A stretch of DNA of 64,000 bases from an uncultured virus (IMG/VR IMGVR_UViG_3300034073_003631) (taxonomy: Duplodnaviria > Heunggongvirae > Uroviricota > Caudoviricetes), in the IMG/VR virus record IMGVR_UViG_3300034073_003631, positions 1-64,000 of that record; one strand, 5' to 3'. Under the pieces are notes generated by a model, which saw only the letters and a program-made list of their open reading frames with translations, was not told the DNA's origin and searched no databases. Position numbers and translations under genes: made by a program. Positions 19,285-28,853 of the stretch are shown one piece after another. How positions within the stretch are numbered: the stretch's first letter is position 1; the number at the start of each line of letters is the position of its first letter.

Positions 19285-19998
19285 TTATAAGTTAAATGCT
19301 TTTAAGGAGTATTTAAATGGATTCCCAGGTATTTGCTTAATCTCATTAAGCATCTGTTCAACAACATCACCAATTTCATATTGTGATGGTGAATCTAAAC
19401 ATCTTTTCTTATATATCTGTACAAACCCATCAAATGATAGAAATTTATTGCTATTTAATTGTGAATTATACATCTTGAAGAACCTAGATGATTCTTTTGC
19501 CCTTGCTTTTGACATCCCTGCCTCAACCAAATCTTTAAAGCAATTATGATACATTTTATTTAACTTCTCACTTTGAGCATTTAATGTATCATACCAGAAT
19601 TTACCCTTATCACCAAATTCAAGCCAATCTTTTGGTAAGTAGAATTTATCCTCTTTCAATTCCTTGTATCTTGCTGACTCTGCATTCTCAGCTAATAATG
19701 CCACAGAATGCTTCAAAAATTGAATGTGAGTGGCTATCTCTGTTGTGGTGACAAAGTGTAGGGAACTAAATCTAAATGGTGAATTATGCCCTTCCTGTCC
19801 CAAATAAAATAATAGTTGTTCCACATTCCTAATCTTCTTTGAATTGTTCACAATGTAGTCAACAATTGCATCCACTCTTTCATCAATATTTTCTGGCATT
19901 GGTATTTCTAAATCTAAGAAAGTTGAACTCCATGCCGCCAAACTATGTGTATTATCTCCACCATAGTGTCCAATCAAAATTGCCTTGTTGTCTGTCAT
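19285..19998 (-). CDS. thyX: FAD-dependent thymidylate synthase ThyX (divergent motif)
   Basis: GHNSPFRF, QFLKH...ESARYKE, AKESSRF and SQYEI follow the ThyX layout. Confidence 0.8.
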   Translation of the reverse strand: MTDNKAILIGHYGGDNTHSLAAWSSTFLDLEIPMPENIDERVDAIVDYIVNNSKKIRNVEQLLFYLGQEGHNSPFRFSSLHFVTTTEIATHIQFLKHSVALLAENAESARYKELKEDKFYLPKDWLEFGDKGKFWYDTLNAQSEKLNKMYHNCFKDLVEAGMSKARAKESSRFFKMYNSQLNSNKFLSFDGFVQIYKKRCLDSPSQYEIGDVVEQMLNEIKQIPGNPFKYSLKAFNL

Positions 19999-20052
19999 AT
20001 TTTTAGTTTTTGTTTTAATAATAGTAAAATTTAAACATCATTCAAATAACAA

Positions 20053-20958
20053 TTAAAATCTTTTGGTGATTTTTTGTTGGGTAGGTTTCTGTTTTGGTTG
20101 GTATTGTGCAGGATCTGTTGAATCTTGTGCATTCATTGGTATATTTGATGGGGAATAAACATTTGGATTAGTTTCTACTTTTGGATTAGGACTTGTTAAG
20201 ATTGTTTCTACACCACTTTTCAAATTTTCAGCGTTTTGACCAGAAAAATAAACATTTGCACTAGATTCAGCTTTTTTCAAAACACCACCCCCTACTGTTT
20301 TCATATATTCAACCATTTTTAAAAACCAAGAACTTATAGCGTCAAATTTATCTAAAAGAAACTTACATATATTTGCCAATAAATCAAAATTTCTTTCTGA
20401 AAAGAAAACAAACATATCATTTAATGATTTATTAATAGTTTTAAAATGGTCTTCTATTTTTCTCCAAAATGGAGTAAATATACTATTAACTTTATCTATT
20501 GATTGAACAAGTGGTTGATTCACTATAGTATCTTTCCATTTTGCAACTGGTGTCAATTCAGCAAAACCTGGCACAGCCAATACTAATTCAATAACACCAA
20601 GTATAAATTTTTTGGTTTTTTCCTCATTAGTTTCAGGTAAATTTAAACCCTCATAAAACCAATAAAGTGAATGTAATAAACCAATATAATTATCTGCAAC
20701 ACCACCAGTTGCAAATGCTGCTGTAAGTTGTGCATCATTTAATAAATTATGGATACCATTTGATGTACTAACATCATATCTAGTGATAACATTATTATAT
20801 GTGTTTATTAATTTTTTTGTTTCTTTTTCATTATACCCAGAATATTGGGTAGAATCCATAAAAGACCTAGGGGAATCAGCAGAACCTTGCTCATTTATAT
20901 TCTTAGTATAATATAATGACCTTATGTATTTTTTTTCATTTTTGTTTATATATAACAT
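20053..20958 (-). CDS. Hypothetical protein
   Basis: 301 aa; leader ending NINEQ; TATTTATA upstream. Confidence 0.7.
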   Translation of the reverse strand: MLYINKNEKKYIRSLYYTKNINEQGSADSPRSFMDSTQYSGYNEKETKKLINTYNNVITRYDVSTSNGIHNLLNDAQLTAAFATGGVADNYIGLLHSLYWFYEGLNLPETNEEKTKKFILGVIELVLAVPGFAELTPVAKWKDTIVNQPLVQSIDKVNSIFTPFWRKIEDHFKTINKSLNDMFVFFSERNFDLLANICKFLLDKFDAISSWFLKMVEYMKTVGGGVLKKAESSANVYFSGQNAENLKSGVETILTSPNPKVETNPNVYSPSNIPMNAQDSTDPAQYQPKQKPTQQKITKRF

Positions 20959-20990
20959 ATTTTATATTTTATATATAAATACATAAAAAT

Positions 20991-21311
20991 TTATTTTAAT
21001 CCACTAACCAAACCCTCCAATTCAGAAATACTTGGCAACCCAACAATTGTTTCATTTTCTTTTGAATTTAAGTAACTTTTTATTGTTGGCACACCCCTAA
21101 CTCCAACTTCATTAACTGCATAATTTACATCATTCTGCACATTAAATGTATATAATGACACATCTGAATTATTCTCTTTCAATTTATTGGCCAATTGCTC
21201 AAATATAGGTTTAAGCATTCTGCATGGTCCACAAGTTGTGGAGTAGAAATCAACAACCATTTTTTCACCAGCATTGATTTTTGACACTAATTGTTCTTTT
21301 GTAAGTTCCAT
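20991..21311 (-). CDS. Thioredoxin
   Basis: VDFYSTTCGPC and GVPT motifs; start at MELTKEQ. Confidence 0.9.
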   Translation of the reverse strand: MELTKEQLVSKINAGEKMVVDFYSTTCGPCRMLKPIFEQLANKLKENNSDVSLYTFNVQNDVNYAVNEVGVRGVPTIKSYLNSKENETIVGLPSISELEGLVSGLK

Positions 21312-21360
21312 ATTTTTTTTTCTAAATATAATATAATATTGTATAATGTATTTAATAATT

Positions 21361-22332
21361 TTATGATTTTTTTGTACAGAGATTTTGTACTGCTGTTTTT
21401 GTGTTAATAAGAATACCTGGCCTATTTTCTGTTTTATTATCACCAATATTAAATTTAAATGTAAAATAACCTTTATCTAAATTTGGACCACATTCTGTAT
21501 AAAATAATATTTTACTCTTTTCATTTTTTATCTGTATAGTGTTATTATATTTTTCAGCAATAAAACTATTACCTACATTGATATTAACTTTATACTTTTT
21601 TCCCAAAGTAATTAAATCACTTTTAACTGCATTAGTCACACTAATTCTATTTGTATTTTTACAAAAATAATTATATACATTAGATATAAAGTTAGAATCT
21701 GTTGTGTCAGTAATAGATTTAACAAACCCAGTTGCATTTAAATCTTTAAATTCACGTGGTTTTTTCATTAATGATTCACAGTTAGTACTATAAATTGGTT
21801 GATTTTGTTTATTTCTAAAAAATATTTGCCCCCATTGAGTGTAAGCATCCTTAACAAATCCAAGTGACTTTGTTTCTTGGTTTATTTTTCTAACAAGACC
21901 AGCTGTTGATAATTGTTGATTGGTTGTGGCTTGAGCATTAGACACAGCACTAGCAGGAGGTGTTTTTGCATTAGGTGCAATAGTTTTAATATCCCCATCA
22001 GTTACTGATATTTTTCCAAATTTAGCAAAAACAGCTCTTAATGTGTTTGTACCAAATTTACCATCAGGATTAACCTTCAATGCCTGTTGTAAGGGTTTGA
22101 TATTTTCGCTTTCTGAACATACGAAATAAGGGCCACTATTTACTTTTTGATAACCATATGGACAATAGTTTGCAGATTGTTGTTGGGTTGATGCTGCTGG
22201 TTGTTGTTGTGGAGCAGTTTGTTGTTGTCTTTGTGCTAAAGTTTCTGGAGTGTCCATATCATCTTGTTCTAACAACACCCTTTTTATTAATGAAATAAGA
22301 TTATTTTCACTTAAACGTAATTTATTTTTCAT
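21361..22332 (-). CDS. Protein with peptidoglycan-binding-like domain
   Basis: IKPLQQALKVNPDGKFGTNTLRAV; leader MKNKLRLSENNLISLIKRVLLEQ. Confidence 0.7.
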   Translation of the reverse strand: MKNKLRLSENNLISLIKRVLLEQDDMDTPETLAQRQQQTAPQQQPAASTQQQSANYCPYGYQKVNSGPYFVCSESENIKPLQQALKVNPDGKFGTNTLRAVFAKFGKISVTDGDIKTIAPNAKTPPASAVSNAQATTNQQLSTAGLVRKINQETKSLGFVKDAYTQWGQIFFRNKQNQPIYSTNCESLMKKPREFKDLNATGFVKSITDTTDSNFISNVYNYFCKNTNRISVTNAVKSDLITLGKKYKVNINVGNSFIAEKYNNTIQIKNEKSKILFYTECGPNLDKGYFTFKFNIGDNKTENRPGILINTKTAVQNLCTKKS

Positions 22333-22442
22333 AAAATATTTTATATATAAATATACCAATAATAAGTTATTTATATTTTTATAAACAAATTGCTATATAG
22401 TTTTTTATAAACAAATATTTATTAAACATAACAATAAACAAT

Positions 22443-22526
22443 ATGAAAATATCAAACATGTTATGTCTTTTTGAGAGAAATTGGATAATGAATTTGAACA
22501 CACGGCTTCAAGCCATAAACTTATAA
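22443..22526 (+). CDS. Possible 27-aa leader peptide
   Basis: MKISNMLCLFERNWIMNLNTRLQAINL*, with an A-rich start context, immediately followed by a terminator. Confidence 0.4.
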   Translation: MKISNMLCLFERNWIMNLNTRLQAINL

Positions 22527-22528
22527 TT

Positions 22529-22564
22529 AAAAAGGGTTGCCAAAATACTTGCAACCCTTTTTTT
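22529..22564 (+). terminator. Intrinsic terminator
   Basis: AAAAAGGGTTGC-loop-GCAACCCTTTTTTT. Confidence 0.8.
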
Positions 22565-22591
22565 ATTTTATTATATTTTTAATAAAAACAG

Positions 22592-23080
22592 ATGGAAACA
22601 ATATTAGTTCTAAATTCAGATTATACCCCCCTAAATATCACAACGTTTAAAAGAGCAATCATATTGGTGATTAAGGGGAAAGCAGAAATTATAAAAAATG
22701 ATGTGGATTTTATAAGAACAGAAACAATAAATTATGAAAAACCATTGATAATTAGACTTCTTAAATATATTTCACATAAGATGAAGAATTTAAGGGTTAA
22801 TAGACAAAGATTATATAAAAGAGATAACCATGAATGTGCATATTGTGGTTCAAAAAAGGAATTAACCATTGATCATATAATACCAAAATCAAGAGGGGGT
22901 AAGAACTCTTGGGGAAATCTTATAACTTGCTGTTTACCTTGCAACCTAAAGAAGGGTGATAAGACACCAGATGAGGCAAGAATGCCTTTAAGGTTTGCAC
23001 CAAAAACACCATCATTCCTATCAAATGATTCATCCATCATAAAAATATGGGAAGATTATAAATCATCATTTGCCTATTAA
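22592..23080 (+). CDS. HNH endonuclease
   Basis: RDNHECAYCG...LTIDHIIPKSRGGKNSWGNLITCCLPCNLKKG. Confidence 0.92.
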   Translation: METILVLNSDYTPLNITTFKRAIILVIKGKAEIIKNDVDFIRTETINYEKPLIIRLLKYISHKMKNLRVNRQRLYKRDNHECAYCGSKKELTIDHIIPKSRGGKNSWGNLITCCLPCNLKKGDKTPDEARMPLRFAPKTPSFLSNDSSIIKIWEDYKSSFAY

Positions 23081-23115
23081 TTTGTTTTTTATTATATTTT
23101 CAAAAAAAGGATAAT

Positions 23116-23784
23116 ATGAAGAATGAATTTAAATCTTATTATGTGGGTCATTTGGGAAAGCCATCATCCCATTTGGATTATTTTGAAAAAAATGTATCTG
23201 CATCTATGACACCTTATATCCTTGAAGAAAGGGAAATGAGGGCAACACAAATTGATATCTTCTCAAGATTAATGAGAGATAGGTTAATATGGGTGGCTGG
23301 TCCAGTTGAAGATAGAATGTCCACCATAATCCAAGCTCAACTTATGTTCTTGGATTCAGCAGATTCATCTGATGTAACATTACACATAGATAGCCCTGGT
23401 GGCTCTGTGAAGGCAGGTTTATCAATTGTTGATGTTATGGATTACATTAAGTGTGATGTAGCCACAGTGAACACAGGAATGGCAGCATCAATGGGTTCAA
23501 TATTGCTTGGTGCTGGAACAAAAGGAAAAAGGTCTTCATTAAGATTTTCCAAAACAATGTTACACCAGAGTTCTGGGGGTGCAGTTGGTAATATTCAAGA
23601 TGCAGAAATAACAATGAAAGAATGGCAAAAAACAAATGATATTTTGTTTAATTTGTTGGGTCAATATTGTGGAAAAGACCCAGAGGTTGTTAAAACAGAT
23701 GCTAGTAGAGATTTGTGGTTGGATGCAAATGAGTCTTTGGCTTATGGTATAATTGATAAGGTTATTGTGTCTAAGAAGGGTTAA
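23116..23784 (+). CDS. clpP: Clp protease proteolytic subunit
   Basis: DIFSRL, IDSPGGSV, GMAASMGS (catalytic Ser), MLHQ and RDLWL. Confidence 0.95.
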   Translation: MKNEFKSYYVGHLGKPSSHLDYFEKNVSASMTPYILEEREMRATQIDIFSRLMRDRLIWVAGPVEDRMSTIIQAQLMFLDSADSSDVTLHIDSPGGSVKAGLSIVDVMDYIKCDVATVNTGMAASMGSILLGAGTKGKRSSLRFSKTMLHQSSGGAVGNIQDAEITMKEWQKTNDILFNLLGQYCGKDPEVVKTDASRDLWLDANESLAYGIIDKVIVSKKG

Positions 23785-23787
23785 AAA

Positions 23788-23817
23788 AGAAAAGGTTGGC
23801 TAAACACCAACCTTTTC
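23788..23817. terminator. Bidirectional terminator
   Basis: GAAAAGGTTGG-loop-CCAACCTTTTC between convergent genes. Confidence 0.7.
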
Positions 23818-23890
23818 CAAATTTTGAACACCTCCTCTTTTTTTAAAATCCGATTTATAATCAACAGATGCTATCTGTATGATTCAATTA

Positions 23891-24544
23891 TTATGCAAAA
23901 AATTTACTCTTTAATTGACCCCAAGCAGTAGATAAGAATTTACAAATAATAGGGGTTAATGCTTTCATCATAATTTTCTTTGTTTCATTATTTTGTAAAA
24001 ATTCTGCAATTGTATTTCTAAACACTCCTCCCAATAAAGTTCCAAAAAAACCATTTTTAAAAATACTATCTTGTGCTTTACCTAGGATAACTGTTTCAGC
24101 AATAGCATCTATAAGTTTTTCAGTAAACACATTACAATCACCTGACAATGCTTTTACTAAGGAAGCTGGATCATCTAATAAAAAGTTAATAATTGTTTTT
24201 AATAACCAACCATCTGGAATTTTCAAATATTTAGTTAAAATTAATTTTAAGAAATATTCTAATATTGTTTGCCCAACACCTGAACCAACTGTGGAAGATG
24301 CCATATTTGCAAGATTTCCAGGGTTTAAAAAACTACCAATACTATTCATAGTATTAGCATTCAAAAATTCTCTTAATACTTTTGTATTATTTAACTTATT
24401 AAGTTCATTTATATAATGAACTGACACATATAGTTTTTTCTTTTCTGAAAATGAGTTAAATTCTCTTATAGTTAAATTAGAAAATTTATTTTCAAATTTT
24501 TTCTGTTCTCTTATTAATTCTAATATGTTTCTTTTAGTTATCAT
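23891..24544 (-). CDS. Hypothetical protein
   Basis: 217 aa; leader MITKRNILELIREQ. Confidence 0.7.
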   Translation of the reverse strand: MITKRNILELIREQKKFENKFSNLTIREFNSFSEKKKLYVSVHYINELNKLNNTKVLREFLNANTMNSIGSFLNPGNLANMASSTVGSGVGQTILEYFLKLILTKYLKIPDGWLLKTIINFLLDDPASLVKALSGDCNVFTEKLIDAIAETVILGKAQDSIFKNGFFGTLLGGVFRNTIAEFLQNNETKKIMMKALTPIICKFLSTAWGQLKSKFFA

Positions 24545-24547
24545 TTT

Positions 24548-25648
24548 TTATCTTTTTATTTTAAAGAAATCAGGAACATTTGCATAATCACCAATAACAT
24601 CTAATGCTTCCAAATTTTTACCAAATTTTTTATCTTTATATGTATTATAACAAACTTGAATTTTATTTTTTAACCCTAATAAACTTGGTGGTATTCCTGT
24701 TGTATCATTCTTATACCTATATAAAGCATTTGTGAACTTTTCTAAATCAAGATTACATTGTCTATATGAAGCATCACTAATATTTAGTGATCCATAATCA
24801 TCTTCCTTTGATTTACCTGTTTTCTTTGGTTGAAAAAGAATATAATCATATGAAAATATATTTGGATATAAATCCTTTAAATTAGTTTTAACATAATTAG
24901 CCTCCTGAGTATAGTCAAATTTAGCATCAGTTACCCAACCATTTTTTTCCAAAGTTGCAATAACTTGCTTTTGTTGGGGTGTTATACCACCAACATTTGC
25001 CCCAGTTGCTGGTTTATAGAAAAATTGGTCTTGTGTGCTTGGATATAATTTTGGATTGAAATTTGGTTCATTTGATAGGAATTCAAATATTTGTGTGATA
25101 CTTAATTTTTCATATTGTTCAGGTGAATTTAAAAATCTCCTTTCTTGAACCGGAAATTGTGAAGCACCTTTAAATCCATAACTAGCAACTGATTCATTAA
25201 CTTTTTTTATTGTTTCAGAAATCTTTTGACTTAATCCAGAACAAGTAAATGGTTGTGAACTTGTGAAATATTTTTGCCCATTATTATTACCAATAAGATA
25301 GGTGTTTAAAGTTCCATCACTATTTATATTCTCCAAATCAAAGAAAACAGCACTATCAACAGCATAATTATTATTAGTTTCATTAAGCCCTAAAATGCCA
25401 ATTCTACCTAATTGTTTTGATGGTCTAGGTTTTCCTGTTATTTCTTTAGTGTTTGGATTCCAACCTTTAAATCCAGTGAAATCACAAAGATTTTGATTAA
25501 CTATTTGATTAGCTAATGATTGAGTGTGATTTGGTGTGAAACTCTTTGTTGGATCAAAAGTATTATTTGTTGCCTGCTCTTTTAGAGCATTATGCATATA
25601 TAATATTCTTTTCTTTTCAGAATTTTCAATATTTAAGTTAATTTTCAT
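24548..25648 (-). CDS. Hypothetical protein
   Basis: 366 aa; leader ...EKKRILYMHNALKEQ. Confidence 0.7.
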   Translation of the reverse strand: MKINLNIENSEKKRILYMHNALKEQATNNTFDPTKSFTPNHTQSLANQIVNQNLCDFTGFKGWNPNTKEITGKPRPSKQLGRIGILGLNETNNNYAVDSAVFFDLENINSDGTLNTYLIGNNNGQKYFTSSQPFTCSGLSQKISETIKKVNESVASYGFKGASQFPVQERRFLNSPEQYEKLSITQIFEFLSNEPNFNPKLYPSTQDQFFYKPATGANVGGITPQQKQVIATLEKNGWVTDAKFDYTQEANYVKTNLKDLYPNIFSYDYILFQPKKTGKSKEDDYGSLNISDASYRQCNLDLEKFTNALYRYKNDTTGIPPSLLGLKNKIQVCYNTYKDKKFGKNLEALDVIGDYANVPDFFKIKR

Positions 25649-25659
25649 ATCTTTTTTTT

Positions 25660-27219
25660 TTAAAAATTTTCAATAGATAAATCCTCCCCACCTAACCAAT
25701 CAAATTTATTTTTTGCTGGTTGTGTAACAACTGGTGGCACAACAACATTACTTTGACATAAAGTAGCCAAATCTTGTTCAGTAAATTGTGTAACCCTTTT
25801 TTGTGATTGAAGTGCATTAAATGTGTTTGGCCCAAAAAACCCATCAACAGTAACACCTAAACATTGTTGTAACTTTTTAACAGGTTCACCTTTTGAACAT
25901 TTTTTATAAACACCATCAGAAGGGAATTGAAAACCATTTGGACAAAATCTTGTTACTCCACCTCCACCAGTAGTTGCTCCTCCACCACCTATTGTTGTTT
26001 CATTTTTCTTATTTTTATTCTTTTCATAGCAAGAATGAATATAGAAAGTTTTACCACTAGTATTAATAAATTTTATACAACCATCATCATCACAAACAGT
26101 CTTTCCATAAGAACTTCTATCTTTAAAATACCAGTTAGTACCATATGTTGTGGAAGGGTAATATAATTTCAAAACAATACCACCATGTTTCTCCACTTCT
26201 GGATTCTGTGTTGAATTAATAAGGATACCTTCCCTAGGTAGGGGTGCATTTGGTTGAATACCATAATTATTATACAAGAAATTACTAATACATTTTGGTG
26301 CAGCATTTTTACCCCCAAAGCATTTGCCAGTGTAATAAGATTTACCATTTTTATCAGTAAATTTAACACAACCATTTGCATCACAACTAGTAAACCCATA
26401 AACTGAATTATCACCAAAATGCCAATTATAACCAGTTCTTGGATCAGGATATAATGATGTTAATACAATTCCACCACGTTGTTGAATTTCAGGGTTATTT
26501 GTTGTTATTTTATAACCTCCACTTGGGAAGGGGTCAGTTTCTTTCTTATTAAATTGATTTTTTATTAAATTAACAATACAAGGAACTTCTTTGGTTGCCA
26601 TTTTTTTGGTATAGTTATCTAATAACTTACCAATCATTTGATTTACTTGGGATAACTCCTCTGCCTTTACATGTTCTTTTTTCATTACAGTATATAACTG
26701 TATGTTATTTTCATCCCAATATGTTTGTTTTGTTAGGCAAAAATCATTGAAAGTTTTCAATTCTTTTAAAGCCCCATAAACTCTTTCTAATATTTTACCT
26801 TCAATTAAACCTTGTGCTGGATCTGTAAGAGTATCCCAAAAAACGCCAGGTGAAAAACTTGAAGTTGGATTATACGCATTTTTTAATTTGGATGCTACAC
26901 TACTAGCAATATCACTAGAACCTTTCTTTGTTATATTTGGAATTCTATCACACATTGCAAAATAACTATAAAGTTCATCTAAAGGTCTATTTCTACCTCT
27001 AGCATCAATAGCTTGTTTTGCCCAATAAGCAGCTGTCAAACCCCCTATAACATAACCAGCTGCTTTTAAAAAAGGCCAAATTAAAAAACCTGCCTCATTT
27101 AACAATTCCTTACTTTCTGATGCTTTTTGAATATTTTCCTTTAAGTTAAAACTTGGATCATATCCCATCAATAATTTCTGTCTTAATATTATATCTATTT
27201 TGTTATCAATATCTTTCAT
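25660..27219 (-). CDS. Protein with duplicated Cys-containing domain and C-terminal peptidoglycan-binding-like domain
   Basis: Two copies of PxCIxN...NPE...GGIVL...NWxFxD...GxTxCDxxGC(V/I)KF; SKGEPVKKLQQCLGVTVDGFFGPNTFNAL. Confidence 0.72.
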   Translation of the reverse strand: MKDIDNKIDIILRQKLLMGYDPSFNLKENIQKASESKELLNEAGFLIWPFLKAAGYVIGGLTAAYWAKQAIDARGRNRPLDELYSYFAMCDRIPNITKKGSSDIASSVASKLKNAYNPTSSFSPGVFWDTLTDPAQGLIEGKILERVYGALKELKTFNDFCLTKQTYWDENNIQLYTVMKKEHVKAEELSQVNQMIGKLLDNYTKKMATKEVPCIVNLIKNQFNKKETDPFPSGGYKITTNNPEIQQRGGIVLTSLYPDPRTGYNWHFGDNSVYGFTSCDANGCVKFTDKNGKSYYTGKCFGGKNAAPKCISNFLYNNYGIQPNAPLPREGILINSTQNPEVEKHGGIVLKLYYPSTTYGTNWYFKDRSSYGKTVCDDDGCIKFINTSGKTFYIHSCYEKNKNKKNETTIGGGGATTGGGGVTRFCPNGFQFPSDGVYKKCSKGEPVKKLQQCLGVTVDGFFGPNTFNALQSQKRVTQFTEQDLATLCQSNVVVPPVVTQPAKNKFDWLGGEDLSIENF

Positions 27220-27231
27220 GATAGTTATTTT

Positions 27232-27456
27232 TTAATTTAAAGGATTAGCCTTGCCCCTACTTGCACCAGATTCCCACTTTGACTTGCTATCTATTGGGTT
27301 TGCTTTACCTCTTGTTGCACCAGACTCCCATTTTGACTTGCTATCTATTGGGTTTGCTTTGCCTCTTGTTACACCAGACTCCCATTTTGATGATGATGTC
27401 CCACCATTTGATGCTGGTGCTTCTTCTTGTTCACCAAATTGTTTCTTAAATTTCAT
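27232..27456 (-). CDS. Small basic protein with three 18-aa repeats
   Basis: SKWESGx(T/S)RGKANP x3, with a 54-nt period. Confidence 0.75.
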   Translation of the reverse strand: MKFKKQFGEQEEAPASNGGTSSSKWESGVTRGKANPIDSKSKWESGATRGKANPIDSKSKWESGASRGKANPLN

Positions 27457-27458
27457 AA

Positions 27459-27761
27459 TTAATAATTTTGTGGTTTTGGTAATAAATTTGGATTAACTGT
27501 ATAATATTCAGTTAAGAAATTTATTAATTCTATTTTATCAACATCAATATCTTCAAATTCATCAATATCAGTATCAATTAACTCATCATCTGGGATTGAT
27601 AGGTGATTTGGAACTATTGAATAGCCATACTCTTCTGCTAAATCATAATCAATTTGATCCTGTCTAATAATATCATCAGAATCATCAATCAATCTAAATG
27701 TGACATCAAGTATGTTTGTTTCTTTATCAACAAAAAATGCTGTAAGTTCTTTAATTTCCAT
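27459..27761 (-). CDS. Acidic hypothetical protein
   Basis: 100-aa ORF within the operon. Confidence 0.7.
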   Translation of the reverse strand: MEIKELTAFFVDKETNILDVTFRLIDDSDDIIRQDQIDYDLAEEYGYSIVPNHLSIPDDELIDTDIDEFEDIDVDKIELINFLTEYYTVNPNLLPKPQNY

Positions 27762-27764
27762 TTT

Positions 27765-28316
27765 TTAATATTTTGCAATTCTATGCATAAAGTTTTTGAT
27801 TTCAACTAATTTATCATTAACAGGATTATTTTTTATATAATTTTCATTAATAATTTTTGCTGTTTTATTTTTTCTTGATTCAGATAAAATCAACTTTTTT
27901 GCTTGCCTAACAAATGATTCCACCATTGGGCTCATCTCATCATATTCATCATATTCAAATTCATAAATGGTTTCATCATCATCATCATAAGACATTTCAT
28001 CCATTTCAATAAAATCCATTTTATTTTCATTGTCAATGTCTTCAGTATTCCAGTTCTCATTCATTGAACCACATTCCATACATTCACCTTCATACATACC
28101 ACCACCACATTCAGAACACATTCCACCTGTGTTTTCTTTTATTAAATCTGAATTCTTTAAAGTAAATCCTTGTTTATCTGAAATATCATCATAAGTTGAT
28201 ATTCTTGTTGGATTGTTTTTTTGTTGCATTGAAAGATAACCATTATACAATTCCTTATGCTTTCTTAAAATGTCATTTTGCTCTTCTTCTGTTATTTTGA
28301 AAAAATATGAGTTCAT
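27765..28316 (-). CDS. Hypothetical protein with CxxC...CxxC motif
   Basis: CSECGGGMYEGECMECG; TATTTATA upstream. Confidence 0.7.
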   Translation of the reverse strand: MNSYFFKITEEEQNDILRKHKELYNGYLSMQQKNNPTRISTYDDISDKQGFTLKNSDLIKENTGGMCSECGGGMYEGECMECGSMNENWNTEDIDNENKMDFIEMDEMSYDDDDETIYEFEYDEYDEMSPMVESFVRQAKKLILSESRKNKTAKIINENYIKNNPVNDKLVEIKNFMHRIAKY

Positions 28317-28382
28317 AATTTTTGATTTTATTATAAATATTACAAACTATCCAAAATTTTTATATCTTTGCAAAAAAAAAAG

Positions 28383-28853
28383 ATGAACATATTCTTCTTG
28401 GATGAAAATCCCCAACTAAACGCCCAATATCATTGTGACAAACACGTGGTTAAGATGATATTGGAAACAGCACAATTGCTATGTTCTGTGCATCATATGT
28501 GTGATGAGATTGATGTACCATATAAATTGGCGCATAAGAACCATCCATGTTCCATCTGGTGTAGAACATCATTAAGTAATTATTTTTCATTATGTGAATT
28601 GGGTCTTGAATTATCAAAAGAATACACCCATAGATATGGAAAGCACCATAAATCAACAGATGTGATTCATTGGTGCTTAGATAATCTTCCAAATATTAAA
28701 GATATTGGGTTCACCAAACCCCCACTTGCAATGCCAGAACAATATAAAGTAGATGATTATGTCCAATCATATAGGAACTATTATATTGGGGATAAAAAAA
28801 GATTTGCAACCTGGAAAAATAGAGATGTTCCTTCTTGGTTTAAGGACATTTGA
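28383..28853 (+). CDS. Pyrimidine dimer DNA glycosylase/endonuclease V-like protein
   Basis: MNIFFLD...HCDKHVVKMILETAQLL...HKNHPCSIW...EYTHRYGKHH. Confidence 0.82.
   Translation: MNIFFLDENPQLNAQYHCDKHVVKMILETAQLLCSVHHMCDEIDVPYKLAHKNHPCSIWCRTSLSNYFSLCELGLELSKEYTHRYGKHHKSTDVIHWCLDNLPNIKDIGFTKPPLAMPEQYKVDDYVQSYRNYYIGDKKRFATWKNRDVPSWFKDI

Noticed and set aside
22592..23080. HNH gene as an intron-encoded nuclease or as the restriction partner of the MTases
   Set aside because: It does not interrupt a gene and lies about 34 kb from the MTase cluster.
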